64,000 nt of DNA from Podarcis liolepis (taxonomy: Eukaryota). Under the pieces are notes generated by a model. That model was not told the origin of the DNA. It made no database searches and saw only the letters and a list, made by a program, of their open reading frames with translations. The DNA is taken from NCBI GenBank assembly GCA_965112155.1, contig OZ218101.1; one strand, given 5' to 3'. How positions within the stretch are numbered: the stretch's first letter is position 1; each line of letters starts with the position of its first letter. The position numbers were made by a program, and so were the translations under genes. Of the stretch, positions 1-12,966 are shown piece after piece.

Positions 1-256
1 AGAGAAGGTGGAGGCTGAAGGAGACCCTGGGCAGGAGCAGGCCCTGGGGGGAAGGTGTGCAGTTGGCGGTGTACAGGCAGCCCTGTGCAAGGCTGGAGCT
101 TAAGGGAGGGGACAAGGAGATTATTGGGGTGAGGTGGGTCCTGGAGCTAGGTGGGTTTCAAGTGAGGTTGTCTGTCTCATGGAAAACTTTATTAAGAAAT
201 CTTAACCTGCACAAAACAAAAAAGTCCTCTCCCTCGCCAGCAGTGATATTGAAGTA

Positions 257-498
257 CAGTGGTGCCTCAGGTTACATACGCTTCAGGTTACATACACTTC
301 ATGTTACAGACTCCGCTAACCCAGAAATATAACCTCAGGTTAAGAACTTTGCTTCAGGATGAGAACAGAAATCCTGCTCTGGCAGCGTGTCAGCAGCGGG
401 AGGCCCCATTAGCTAAAGTGGTGCTTCAGGTTAAGAACAGTTTCAGGTTAAGAACAGACCTCCAGAACAAATTAAGTATTTAGCCCGAGGTACCACTG
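257..498. mobile_element. Tc1/mariner-superfamily MITE, family 1
   Basis: TIR CAGTGGT(G/A)CCTC, TA TSD. Confidence 0.9.
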
Positions 499-1323
499 TA
501 GAATAGAATGCCTCATTTTATCTGAGGCATGTTGGAGGGTACGCTTTAGTCATTAGGCTGTGACTCTCCAAGTACTGCTGGACGACAGCTGCCATCATAC
601 ATGTTTTTGGCCCTCCAACATAAGCTGGAGGGTTAGCAGGTTCCCCACCTGTGTTTTAGGCTAAATATCACTGTTTAAGCTTAAAGTCCACTTATTTGTG
701 GATCACAAACTAAGGCTACATGCTTCCTTGGATATACGGTAACTCCCACTGAACACCTATTTTCTGAGTGAGTATGCTTAGGATCACGCAGTGCGTTTGA
801 AGCAGAACCAGCAATTAATCAACCTCTTAGATTTTGCCATTGTCGATTCCAAAATAAGGATGCTGGCCACAAGGAATGGATAGAATTATGTCAATTTCAG
901 TTTCTCTCAGCTACTCGTTTTTCCCATCTTAAATTTAGTTCCCTATATTTCCACATCAGTTTGCCAACGCTTTTCAAAAAGTCCTCATGAAAATCTATTG
1001 GCATGTTGATACAAATTTTTCTTTTGGGTAAGGAATTTCTGCAAGCAATTTCCCCTGATATGCCCAGTTTTGCAAAGCAATTTCCCTGAACACAAAGTAG
1101 TTTTGTATGTTGATTTCACTAAGATATAAATATATACTACCTGGCTGGAGAACTGCTAAGCTGCAAATGAAAAGAAGTGCAGGTCTTTGTAGGATGTCTC
1201 TGTTTTGATTCATGCATTGTTTCAGAAAGTGCAGATTCGGTATAAAACGCAAACAGGTATTAGATGCAAATGAAATCAGTTCCCATGAAAATTGATTCCA
1301 ATTTATCCCCCATCCCTACTTAC

Positions 1324-1599
1324 CACACACTTTGAGCAAGAAAATTTCACTGTCATTTCCAAAAGCAAATGTATATTTCCCCTCGTCGTTTTCTGATAAA
1401 TTCGTCATCTCTACAATCCCGTTCCTCAAGCACAGCCTTTTGTCACAATCATTGCAACAGTCCATCGTAAAATTCTCGGGCTTAGAACAGTTCGTTTCTT
1501 TCATTACTAGGATGCCACTTCGATTTTTAATTTCCAAAGGAAAAGAAACATCACCACCAACGTCGCCAAAAAGCTGTTTGAGGTCCATACAAGTCACAC
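1324..1599 (-). CDS. CD2/SLAM-like gene A, Ig V-like exon
   Basis: Acceptor ttgcag|, donor |GTAAGT, 276 nt, phase 1-1. Motifs 'GDVGGDVSFPL', 'NGIVEMTNLSENDEGKYTF' and 'FLLKV' match CD2/CD48/CD58-type V domains (D-x-G-x-Y, no canonical B-F Cys pair). Confidence 0.75.
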
Positions 1600-2747
1600 C
1601 TGCAACAGTAATAAAAGATTTAAGTAGATTTTTTTTAAAAAAAGCAGTTTATAAACACTATTAAATAAATAAATACATATTAAAAACCACAGTAAGTCTA
1701 ATCAAAGAGGTAAGACTGTGGCCACAGAAAAAGATGAGCAACCTCTCAGTCGAAGAAAACATATGAGAACAGTATTCTTCATTTTCCCCCCTTTTTAGCT
1801 CATAGCTTCATTTTATCTGAGTGAAAAGTCAGGGTGTGGGATGGAATCAACTCAATATTGGTTACTAAGACTGAAAGCCTTAATTCATGAAATACTGCAG
1901 TTTATAATTTTATATGAGTGCTGATCCTTTCGAAGGATACTTGATGAGCCATTGCTATAAATAAATGAGCTAAATGTACCTTTTAATTCAGGTAACATTT
2001 AATATAGTTTTACAAGAAAGTATGTGGTTTGTCGTTTGAATTAAGTGTTGTTTTTCATGTAGCTTAAACTGTCACCCATAGTGTGTATGTATTTGAATTC
2101 ATTACTCATTGGCCGCAAAAAACGTTAAATGACTTCATATGGTCCACAGATTTATACTGATTACACCATAGAATGTTTAGAAATGGAAATAATCACCACC
2201 TACTTAGTAGTTTAAGAAAAAAGAAAGAATCTAAGCGGTGTTTGCAAAACTGGATGAATTCAGGCTAGTTACTTTCCCTCACTACAATTCACTGTCTCCA
2301 AAATCATGCACAGATATTGAAAAGGACTTGGAGTATTGTTTTCAAAAGGATTTTAAACTGGAAGCCTAGGTACATCAGACTTGATTTTGAGATGTTTTCA
2401 TCAAGTATTCTAAATTATTTGTTCAAGGTCATGCCGAGAGACAAGAAAAGAATCCCGGAATCATTGTGTTGACCACCACCCCGCACAAAAAGCCCCGCAA
2501 CCTCTTATTTCTCTTGCATTTACAAATGCAGTACATCAGGCGACATGGTTGCAATTAGTTTATGAGAAAATCTGTCTTACTTTGGAGTGACTGTCCATTT
2601 TCATGCTTTGGCGGTTATGACACCAGTATTTCCCTGAGTCCCGTCGACTAGGAGAGGGGTGGCGGGGGTGAAATCTGAACGAAGAGGATCATTTCTGCTC
2701 ACCTAGGCAAAGCAATGCCAATTTGATAAAAGAAAATTCCCACTTAC

Positions 2748-2808
2748 CATCAGAAATGGTCAGAATCACCAGCACACATGGCAAGGGAAAAGAAAAGCGG
2801 AAATCCAT
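2748..2808 (-). CDS. CD2/SLAM-like gene A, signal-peptide exon (MDFRFSFPLPCVLVILTISDG)
   Basis: ATG at 2808-2806, hydrophobic leader, 61 coding nt ending in phase 1 at the donor G|GTAAGT. Confidence 0.75.
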
Positions 2809-3724
2809 TTTAAGCACCTTCTTGCATCGTGTGCTGAGAAGAGGATCTGGCTTTGCTGTTAAACCAACGCACTGGTCAGGAAATGATGTCAGAAGCAGGA
2901 ATTTAAAAAAAGAAAAGAAGAAGAGCATATACTGGAGGGATGCAAGACTAATGTACAGTCAAAACAAAGCAGAAGGGTGTTTGGTTGACTGACCTCATGC
3001 TTTAGCCACATCACCTTGATGATCTATTTCTATGGCCCTGTATGCAGGAACTGGGGTGTGTAAGAATAAGATTCAGAAGGAGCGATGAAATAGTGCTCTA
3101 AGCAAGTCCATCAGAGCCAACAGGACAGAGCTAGCAAGAATCCCAAGCAAATCCTGATATTGTGCCACTGAAGCCCTTTGTTGACTGATATAAACACAAT
3201 GCAAGGCAACATAAACAATCTAATCCCACTAACAGTAGCCTTAACTTAATCATACTGAGTTGTATTCAACTACTGTATGTCATACGCAGAGGATGCCCAT
3301 TGAAATCAACTAACTTTTACCCAGAGTAGACCTATTGAAATGAATGGCCATAAAGAAGTTGGGACCATTCATTTCAATGGCTCCACTCTGAGCTGGCGAG
3401 GTGAATCCTGCCCAACAGAACAAGCTAGATTCAACCAACTGAAGTGGATTCAGACCAAAAGCTGCAGCGCATATCGGTAGTGTTTGTGTGTGTGATTACT
3501 CTATATGCTTTGAGCATCAATGATAACTCAAAGAATTCTGTACCTTTGTAGATGGAACCAGCAGGACAAGCCCCAAATGCATGAGGTCTTCTTTCTGATG
3601 ACAAATATTCAACCATGAATGAACTGTGCTGTATATGAAATTAATCCAAAACTTTGGCCAATTTAGAAAAGATACAAATATGGTGCTCTATGTTAACTCA
3701 ATTTGATACAGCAGCAGTATAGTG

Positions 3725-3974
3725 CAGTGGTACCTCGGGTTAAGTACTTAATTCATTCTGGAGGTCCGTTCTTAACCTGAAACTGTTCTTAACCTGAAGC
3801 ACCACTTTAGATAATGGGGCCTCCAGCTGCTGCTGCACTGCCACGCTGCTGGAGCACAATTTCTGTTCTCATCCTGAAGCAAAGTTCTTAACCCAAGGTA
3901 CTATTTCTGGGTTAGCAAAGTCTGTAACCTGAAGTGTCTGTAACCTGAAGCGTATGCAACCCAAGGTACCACTG
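3725..3974. mobile_element. MITE family 1 (opposite orientation to 257-498)
   Basis: TIRs CAGTGGTACCT...AGGTACCACTG; same internal sequence. Confidence 0.9.
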
Positions 3975-5864
3975 TAGTTGTAGCATACATATCGCTGTGG
4001 AAGATTATCCTGTTGCAAATACCTCTGATAATACTTTGCAGATACTCACATATGCCTCAGTTGAGAGGGTCATAGTAATGGCCCCATATGTGTGTGCAAT
4101 GCATGTGTTATCCCCCACTAGAAAAGTGCACTCTCACAAGAATGGCCAGGCCCAGCTTCACAGTCAGCATTCTAGAGGATTCTGCCCACCCCCCCCCAAA
4201 AAAAAAGCTACCAAACTCTGTCTCTACAGGGTTGGCTGAAGGTCAGGATAACTATTCTGTCTCTACCACACACACATACAGTGGGACAGGGGGAGGGGAA
4301 CCTCGCTGTGATCTAAGATGCGACAAAAATAGCCTTCTGTGAGAAAGGCAGTGATCTGAAACTTCAGACATCTGCAGGCCAGTGGAGAGAGAGAGAGAAA
4401 AGACATCTGCAATTAAGAAGTCACCCATGGGTGCACTTGCCCTTTATATATATTTTTAGACCAGAACCGTGCAACTGCAACCTATATGTGGACCCCACCT
4501 AAGTGAAGGCACTTGATTGGGGAAAGGCTCTATATTGCATCCAATAATAATTCTGAAAAGCAACAGAGGAATGAGGAAGAAACCAGCTCTCACCATTTGG
4601 GAAACATCAATTTTAGGCTACTATTTTTTCCTGGTCATTTCAATGTGTTCAATATACATTTTATTCATGTTGCAAGTCAGATGCTAAGTTGGCACTTTCT
4701 CTCTCTGAACTTTCACTTTCTCTGTCCTGGTTCTAGACTTGCCTGGTCTTCTTCCTTAATTTCCTCCCGTGGCCCAACATATCAGTCTACATATGAATTT
4801 CCGCCTTCCTGGGATTGTCTCATCCTGGCATTCTTTCCAGCCTGACTCTTGCCCAGCATCCCTTTGCAGAGGAATCAGGGGAAGAACCTTGAAAAGAGGA
4901 TGACGAGTGAGGGGTGGAGCAAGGCCGAGTCTCCAGCCAGGATTTGAGGGATACCCATTGCCCTCTGGTGAGCTTCCGTAGCAGTGGTAACAGGCAGCAG
5001 CAATGCTTCAAAAAGCGCTGGGTGGCGTTTCCCCACATTGCTGCCAGCATGATGCTACACTGGCTTTGCAGAGAACTGTCATTGTAACTAGGTCTGACAC
5101 TTGGAGCACCAGACCCAGAAGAAAAATTAAGCGGGTTCCAGGGCAGGTGACAGCAATGGGTCCTGCCATGGTGTTGGGGCCCCCAACACTCACCCAAGGA
5201 GTCCAGGGACCAGCGCTTACCGTGCCTGTAGTGCCTTAGTTATCCTGAATCTGGTGTCCTCCACATATTGTTGGACTACAATTCCCACCAGTCCCAGCCA
5301 CCACAAGCTGGAGGACACCAAGCTGCTGTTGTGCAACACAATTCACTTACCCCTCTCGTGCAAAACCTTTCTCCTGTCTCACGTTCACCATCATCAGCTT
5401 GAACACCCAATCAAGTCCATCGCCTCCTCCACCTCCAAGTCTATCACACACTCCCTTTGGTCTTCCTCAGCCTTGCATGAAATGGTCAAGGTGAGACCAC
5501 TGAGGCAGAGAAACATGAAGGAAGCAGTGTGTGGCCAATTCATCTCAGTCTTCCTTAGTCCCTGCTTGACTACCATCCTAAGATATGTATCCTGGGCTTA
5601 CTCTTAGTAAAACCCAGGTCCACCACCCTCCACCCCCCAAAAATACTTCTGAGGCAGCACAATACATCCGTCTGTCAAGTTTTGAGCTCTCTGCTCCACA
5701 CTTTTTTGAGTTCTTGTTTGTTCTTTCCTTCACTTATCACATTTATTCATTCATTCATTCATTCAAAATCCTTTATTAGGCATAGCACACCACACATTAA
5801 CAAACAAACATCATATACAGACTGTATAAAATACGGGCTCAGCGAACACAATTTATCCCAGACC

Positions 5865-6090
5865 TAATTATTGCATTTATATCCTACATTTTTCTCCAAG
5901 GGGCTCAAGGTGGCGAATATGGTTCTCCTCTCCATTTTATCCCCGCGACAACCCTGTGAGGCAGCTTAAAGTGAGAGGCAGCAACTCTCCCAAGGTCACA
6001 CAGTGAGCTTCATGGCCGAGTGGGGATGTGAACCCTGGTCTCCGAGGGCCTAGTCCAACCCTCTATCCACTACACCACACTGCCTCTCAC
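5865..6090 (-). mobile_element. older CORE/MIR-like SINE
   Basis: ACAACCCTGTGAGG, CCCAAGGTCAC and CCACTACACCACACTG motifs. Confidence 0.65.
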
Positions 6091-8178
6091 AACTGTTGGA
6101 GCTCACTACTCAGTTGCTGCAAAAGAAATCTCCACTTTATGAAGCTCCTTCATAGAGACACGCTTTATAAAAAGGAGTGGGAACTGCCAGATGCAATTCT
6201 GTTTAACACTCTGAATAGGCCTCAGCAACTGCACTTTGCATCTCCTTGTTAACTTTCCTTCTGGGAATCCTGTGCTGTTTCTCACTCTGCTGCTGAAAGG
6301 TGGGGTGTTTGGCTGGCAGTTTGCTTGAAAATCTGCATGAGTCTGTCTACCTGGCCAGCCAGATAACAGAAGTCACTTTTGGGTGGATTCCAGCAAGGGA
6401 AGTGAAACAGCCATGCTATCACTTTCTTTGAGATTGAAAGTGAGACGCTACGGATGATAAGATTTCCCCAGTTGCATTTCATTATTGTGGGCTGACTCTG
6501 TCTCACACTCTGCTCTATGGTCTCATTTTGTATGGAAAATTTCTAATTAATTTTGGGAATTGCATGTGCGGAGTTTGTCCTCGTTCATTCATGTTAGTTT
6601 CTCTCTATCCACATGATCCATGCCCATAAGCTGTTGTAAACATTGAAACTTTTTTTTAGTTTGTGACTGAACGTGAGTGCACATCCTTTGAAAAGCTGGG
6701 CTCAGATGAGAGGGAATGTGCATTGCCACGTACATCAGAAAGGCATACTCTATATTGACCTTCTTGAAAGAAGGTTATGATTAAAATAGAAAAGGTAGCG
6801 AATAACCCAACGCAGAGAGAGACATTACTTAAACACAAATAAGATTTATTGAGAAAAGAAAAACAGAAATTCGGACTTATAGGAAAATCAAAGAAACATA
6901 AATTATCTGTTTCCTAATGACTTATGCTACAATCTTAACTATTTCTACTCTGACACAAGCTCTATTGAGTTTAATGGGACTTATTCCCAGGTAACTGGGG
7001 TTAGTTAGCATTAGCCATGAATTACAATGAACTACTTAAAATGTGTAAAAGTTCACACAAAGTACTGGGTGACAAGTCAGGGGTTGAAAGCTAAGAAGCA
7101 CAATCCAGATAAGCAAGAAGGCTCAAACTAGATTTCCAAGGGCAACATTTACAGTTTCAAGATGGCGGTTATTTTGGTTCACCTACCTTTTGAACTGATG
7201 CAGATCTGACAGGCAAGTTAGCAGCTTTTATGTTCAATGTGACTATTTATATGGTCAAAGGCGGCCTAAGACCACAGTCTGCAACCACAGTTCTATATCT
7301 TGGTCATTAATGAATGATTCTGAAACACTTTATACTTACAGGTTTAGTACTTAGCAAGGGGATGTGTGTTTAGTCGTGGTTTAGGCAGGAAGCAGAGTAA
7401 AAGCCTGTCGTATACAGATCTATTTTCAATTTGGGCTGAAATGTTTGCTGTGAACAAGTCAGCAGGGATTGCTTGAAAATAAACTTTTGCTTTTCAATGC
7501 ATACACTTTTAGTAAGTAAACTACAATAAAACATGTTCATATGCCATTATATATACGGAAGATATATCCACTCCAGTCCTGTTGCAAAAGCATAGCTTCA
7601 GCTTCTATAGCCTTGGATTAAAAGACTATGGAAACCTGAAGAATGACAAGTCTAGAAACTCATACCAACAGCAGTTTTAATAATGCATCTGCAATAGACA
7701 TAGACAAGGATAATTAATGATCAGGGACAATGCAAGAGGAAAAGTTGGATGATACACAATACAAATGAAACATTGCTTATTTTAATCAGAACAATACAGT
7801 ACAGTTGGGTCTTAACAAATTACTACATATTATTGTATCTATACATAAAACTCACCCCATTTGCTAGCTTTGTAATGACAATTTGCTGAAAGAGCAGTTT
7901 CTCATCATGATGAAGAGGTAAAATGGCCTTTTATTGTTTCATATTTGCGAGATTAAAATTAGTAATTAGGTTTATTTTTTTACATAAGCGCACTTTGAAA
8001 GTCTCTGCCTAGCTACTAAATGAACTGCATCTTCTGACAAATGAGATAGCATGTTAAATAGAATTGGATCTCAGATGATTTCAGAATTCGATTGTCTCTT
8101 TTCCCATCATACATGTCTGCTGGGTCACTGGAAGAAATGCATATTTGTTCTCTTAATTCCATTGCATCATCAAACCTC

Positions 8179-8312
8179 TCACAGAATACAGTCCACAAGA
8201 TCTGGAAGAACACAGCCGCCATCCCAGCAAACAGAGCTGTCACTCCTCAGTAGACTAGCACTACAACTCCTGACATTCATACACAGTGCTGGTGATAAAG
8301 CATTTTCTTTCT
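8179..8312 (-). CDS. possible terminal coding exon of gene B (EKENALSP...PDLVDCIL*)
   Basis: tttttctgttcag| acceptor, open in phase 1 to TGA, minus-strand AATAAA near 7930-7976. Joining all six exons gives 1098 nt, i.e. 365 aa in frame. Confidence 0.4.
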
Positions 8313-8336
8313 CTGAACAGAAAAATAATATGTATA

Positions 8337-8596
8337 CAGTCATACCTCGGGTTAAAGTTGCTTCAGGTTGAGCATTTTCGGGTTGCACTCTGCGGTGACC
8401 CAGAAGTAACAGAATGCATTACTTCCAGGTTTCGCCGCTCGCGCATGCGCAGATGCTCAAAATGGCGTCAAGTGCATGTGCAGAAGTGACGAATCATGAC
8501 CCGCGCATGCGCAGATGCACAGACACAGGTTGCGTTCTCTTCAGAATGCGAACGGGGCTCCAGAATGGATCCCGTTCACATCCAGAGGTACCACGG
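8337..8596. mobile_element. MITE family 2 (GCGCATGCGC-rich)
   Basis: CAGTCATACCTCGGGTT...GAGGTACCACGG; TA flanks; homologous to 18767-19026. Confidence 0.85.
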
Positions 8597-8735
8597 TACA
8601 TCTATAAGATATTTCTCACCCTGTGGTCTCCAAACTTTCCCAGCTTTCCTGCATTGCAGGGGGTTGGACTAGATGACCCTGAGTCCCTTCCAACTCTATG
8701 ATTCTATGAGTTCTCCCTCTGTCTAAAACTAGGGT

Positions 8736-9008
8736 GAAGAAGGAGGAGGAGGAGGAGGAGGAGGAGGAGGAGGAGTTTGGATTTGATATCCCGCTTTATC
8801 ACTACCCTAAGGAGTCTCAAAGCCGCTAGCAATCTCCTTTCCCTTCCTCCCCCACAACAAACACTCTGTGAGGTGAGTGGGGCTGAGAGACTTCAGAGAA
8901 GTGTAACTAGCCCAAGGTCACCCAGCAGCTGCATGTGGAGGAGCGGGGAATCGAACCTGGTTCACCAGATTACGAGTCTACCGCTCTTAACCACTACACC
9001 ACACTGGC
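8736..9008 (-). mobile_element. Squam3-like SINE with (CCT)n tail
   Basis: Closely similar to the reverse complement of 47837-48093. Confidence 0.85.
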
Positions 9009-10078
9009 TCTGGATCTCCAGATGTTGTTGGGGTACAATTCCCATAATTCCTGATGGCCATGCTGATGAGATTTGATGTCCAACAACATCAGGAAGCCAC
9101 ACATTCACCAACCCTGGTCTAAAATAAAGAGTTGGTTTTATCTGTACAAGACTTACCAGAGCCAACCCACAGATGTGGTGGGGATGTGCTTCTGCCTCAG
9201 GTGGCAGAAGTACAAGAGGCGGCACCCCATCTGCCCCACCACTTCCACCACCACCAAATTTCAATACGAGAGAGACATTCCAGCATGCAGTGCTACCGCT
9301 CGCTGGGTGAGAGGGGGGCATTCCGCTGATGGTGGAAGTGGTGGGGCAGGAATGGTGCAGGGGTGTGGCAGGGGCAACAGAGGGGGGACAGGGGACAGCA
9401 CATTCCCATTTCACCTCACGTGGTGAAATGGGATGATGTGCTGCCCCTGAGACTTCCCTATTTTACCACAGCTCCAATTGACATCTGTGCAGTGATCATG
9501 TTGCAAATGGTGGACATTTCTGCTGCTTTCACTGTATAGAGAGAAATTCCACCTAGTCCAGCTTTCTGTTCTCATAGTGTCCAACCAGATGCCTATGAAA
9601 GGCCCAGGAAAGTGCTGTTGTGCTCAAGTAATTCTTTCAGGCTCCCCACAGGGATCAGGTTGCACACTATGGGAACAAAACTTCCAAAAATTACTTTTGT
9701 AAGTGTCCCCAAATTTCATGGAGGCTCGATCGCAGTTAAGATCACTTTCAGCATATTTATATTTCAGACTTAAGCTGGTTTATCTGCTAGTCATTCTCCT
9801 TCCCCAGAAACCTGATGTTCTATGAAGATGGCCAGAATAATCAGAGACTCCTCAGCACAGTTCTCAGAAGGCTGTGGGGGTGTTAAACTAATATAAAACC
9901 TAATATGTTTGCAAGATATGTATGTCCTTAGACGTTTAGCCAAGCAGTACAACCTCATCTGTCTATTGCCTTATAATTAGAAAAGTCCTAAGGTGCTCAA
10001 GAGATGCTCACAGCTAAACTATTTTAGATAAAAATGTGTCCTTCCTGTCTGCAGTGTGGTTCAGTTTTGGTCACTTAC

Positions 10079-10228
10079 CTTGAAAAGTAGAGATATTTAA
10101 AAGCATGGGGTTTTCTGTGTTGGGAGCTGCTGCTGTTGCAGTCTCTTTTTCATTCCCAATCGAAAACCCTTGACCTTCTTCTGTGGTTTCTACTGCCTGT
10201 GGTTTCTGTAACTCTGGACTTGCAGTTG
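10079..10228 (-). CDS. probable cytoplasmic-tail exon of gene B (ATASPELQKPQAVETTEEGQG...NISTFQ)
   Basis: Strong polypyrimidine acceptor (tttttgctttcttgctcag|), CAAG|GTAAGT donor, 150 nt open in phase 1-1. Linkage to gene B is inferred. Confidence 0.55.
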
Positions 10229-12820
10229 CTGAGCAAGAAAGCAAAAAGCAGAAAATACAACAACCATGGAAAGTAAATGCTGGGTTAACACAACATTAAC
10301 ATATAAGCATGTTGTAATACCGGAACAAACAAAATTTACTAAGTATAGGGGGGACAGGTTTTAGCATGATTACACAAGGTTTCTGTATACTATGGGGCTC
10401 ACTCCCAGGTAAGTAGCCTTTTCTGAAGACCATAAATAGAGGATCCAAAATCTGCCTTGGGTCCTTACTGGAGAGGGGAAAAACAGATTAGAAACAACAA
10501 CAAGATGCTTGGAAAATGTAACTTGTGGGACCTCCTGATAAATACAAAACCAGAGTAGCCTTTTTTGTGAGCATGTAGTTCAATGTAAGCCAGGTCCATA
10601 AGAGGGCCAAACTAGATAGGACCTGGGAGAAATGTGTGAAGCATTTCCTAACTGAAAAACATGAATTGCAGGGGTGGGATGCCCCAAATTTTGTCAAACC
10701 AGCTGCAGTGGAAGGGGGTGATCAGTTCCCCCATCATAATATGCTAAAAACCACCCTCTTGTATCTGCTTTTTCCCCTGTAGGGAAATTTTAAGCCAGTT
10801 TTGACTGAGAAAACTACTCAAGATAGTAGAGTGTTTTTGCCCTCCTCCTACTGCTCCAATCACATTTGGAGGCAACAAGGGTGCATTAAAGGAAATTGTT
10901 GGAAGATACTTGATGTGCCTCCAGCTCAGGTCTAGTTGGACCCTCAGTGTATGTGCTGCACTAGAATAAACCCTTCTGACCACCAACTGTTGCACTTAAT
11001 TCTCTAGAGGCGGCAGACATGATATTTGAAGTTCCTTCTCTACATGTGTGCATTCCCCACCACTACTCTGCCCGAATACCAGCACTATGCATCACTGCAT
11101 ACACCTGTGGTTAAAAACAGTATCGTCAACCTCAATGAACACTTTCTATTGCAAGCTAACATCTCACACACGGTCTCATTTCAGCTGGTTTTAAACATTT
11201 CTGGGGATGAACAAATCCTTACATCAACTACCCTTGCAGCAATCTTTCTTCTATAATTCTACGTTTTGATTTCTAGCAGCTAGCACTGAATACTGTTCAA
11301 ACTCCTTTACCAAAATTGCTTAGGGCAAATGTCCCAAACAGTTGGAGCACCAGTTGGGAGGGTGTGGAGTGCTGGACTTGGACTAGGGAGAGGTGGGATC
11401 AAGTTATTGCCCAGTCTAGGTGGCCCATAAATGCTGCCTGAGCTCCTTGGAAGAAAGGTGGGCTAATGTTTAATATGAATAATAATAAGGAACAACAACA
11501 ATCTTAAAAAATAGCAACAAGAAGGAGCAGTTGTCATATCAGACCCATTAAAATACCAGTTTGCCCATGTCTTAAGATCTTCTGGAGAGATCCAAGTACT
11601 CTCTTTAATTGAGGTATGCTACTCTTTAAAAGAAAAAGAGGGCTTTTTTCTGCAGTGCCTCCTCAACCTTTGAGTGCCTTCTCAAGGGAGACATGACTGG
11701 ATCTGGCATGACAAGCTCTCCTATTTGCTGTCCTATTTGCTCACACACGTTCGTTTGGGGGAGGGAGGGAGGGAATGGTTTGTTTCTGTTTTTAGCTTTT
11801 GAGATATTTGTTTTGTTTCATTTATGTTTTGTTAAGCTGATTTGCTGATTTTAAGGTGTGTTGATAAATTGTCCAAATTAATTATATTCCTATTTTTGGA
11901 CCTGGCTCTGGAATCTTCTGTTGAAAGACGGTTGAGAAATAATAAAAATAAAAACTTAAAAATGAGTCATTGTGAGTCATGATTCACTTATATCTATTGA
12001 ATTCATTAGTCTACTCTGAGTCCGCGGCAATCCAATGACAAATAAACAAATAAATAAACAGCGGCTGCAATGTTTCAGTGATTAATTCGTTAGACTAATG
12101 GATTTTTAAAGTATTTTAATCTACTAAAAGAGTGAATCAGGAAGCATATTTATTTATTTATTTAAATTGCTTCTTTAATGTGAGTTACTTATTAAAACTG
12201 TGGGTGGCAAGCAGGAATGCCTCTTCGAAAATGACACTTGCAATGGCATATTGGGGGGGGACCCAGCCTGTGGGCCTAATTAGACCTACCATGCCCGCCC
12301 AATTTATATGACATCACATATGGGGCAGTTCAGGGCATGGCTGGACTGAAAGAGGCGTTGCAACTTACTGGCCCATCTGCAGAGATGGAGGTGGCTGCCC
12401 ATGGGAGGGAGGGAAGCACCAACTTGCAGAAAATATGGGGTGCCCCCTAAATAATGCTCCACAGAGTTGGAGCATATGGGACCAGCAGTGCAATTTGATA
12501 CATGTCAACTGAGAGGCAAGCCCCACTGAATTCAGTAAGACTTTCCCCCAGCAAGGCGTGTGTAGGGTTGCCACCTAAACCACATATGGTGAATCAAGTT
12601 GCAGTAATTATAGTAATAAACAGCAGTTCAGATAGAAGACAGTGCTGCCCAATGAGAAGATATGGCCCATTCACTCGCTGAATTAGCTTTGTTTCTCAGA
12701 GTAGACCATGACATTACCTTCTGTTCATGATACTGTTATAGGTGGGGGGGAATTCCACCCACCCACCCAAAAAAAAACCCTAGAAAGTAATAAATGGTAG
12801 GAGTCTGATGATTTGGAGTA

Positions 12821-12966
12821 CAGTGGTGCCTCGCAAGATGAAATTAATTCGTTCCGCGAGTTATGTCGTATTGCGATTTTTTTCGTCTTGCAAAGCACGG
12901 TGTCAGGAAAGTTTTGGAAAAGCTTCAAAAATCACCATGAGGCATTCGTCTTGCGAGGTACCACTG
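12821..12966. mobile_element. short MITE, family 3
   Basis: TIR CAGTGGTGCCTCGCAAGATGAA / TTCGTCTTGCGAGGTACCACTG; TA TSD. Confidence 0.88.

Noticed and set aside
259-483. Similar 74-aa ORFs at 259-483 and 63495-63719
   Set aside because: Chance frames in copies of the same non-coding MITE.
4820-5600. Coding-like minus-strand ORFs with a signal-like stretch (MNWPHTASFMFLCLSGLTLTISC) and a GTAAGT donor near 5350
   Set aside because: In-frame stops precede the donor, no recognisable domain, and no consistent exon chain could be built.
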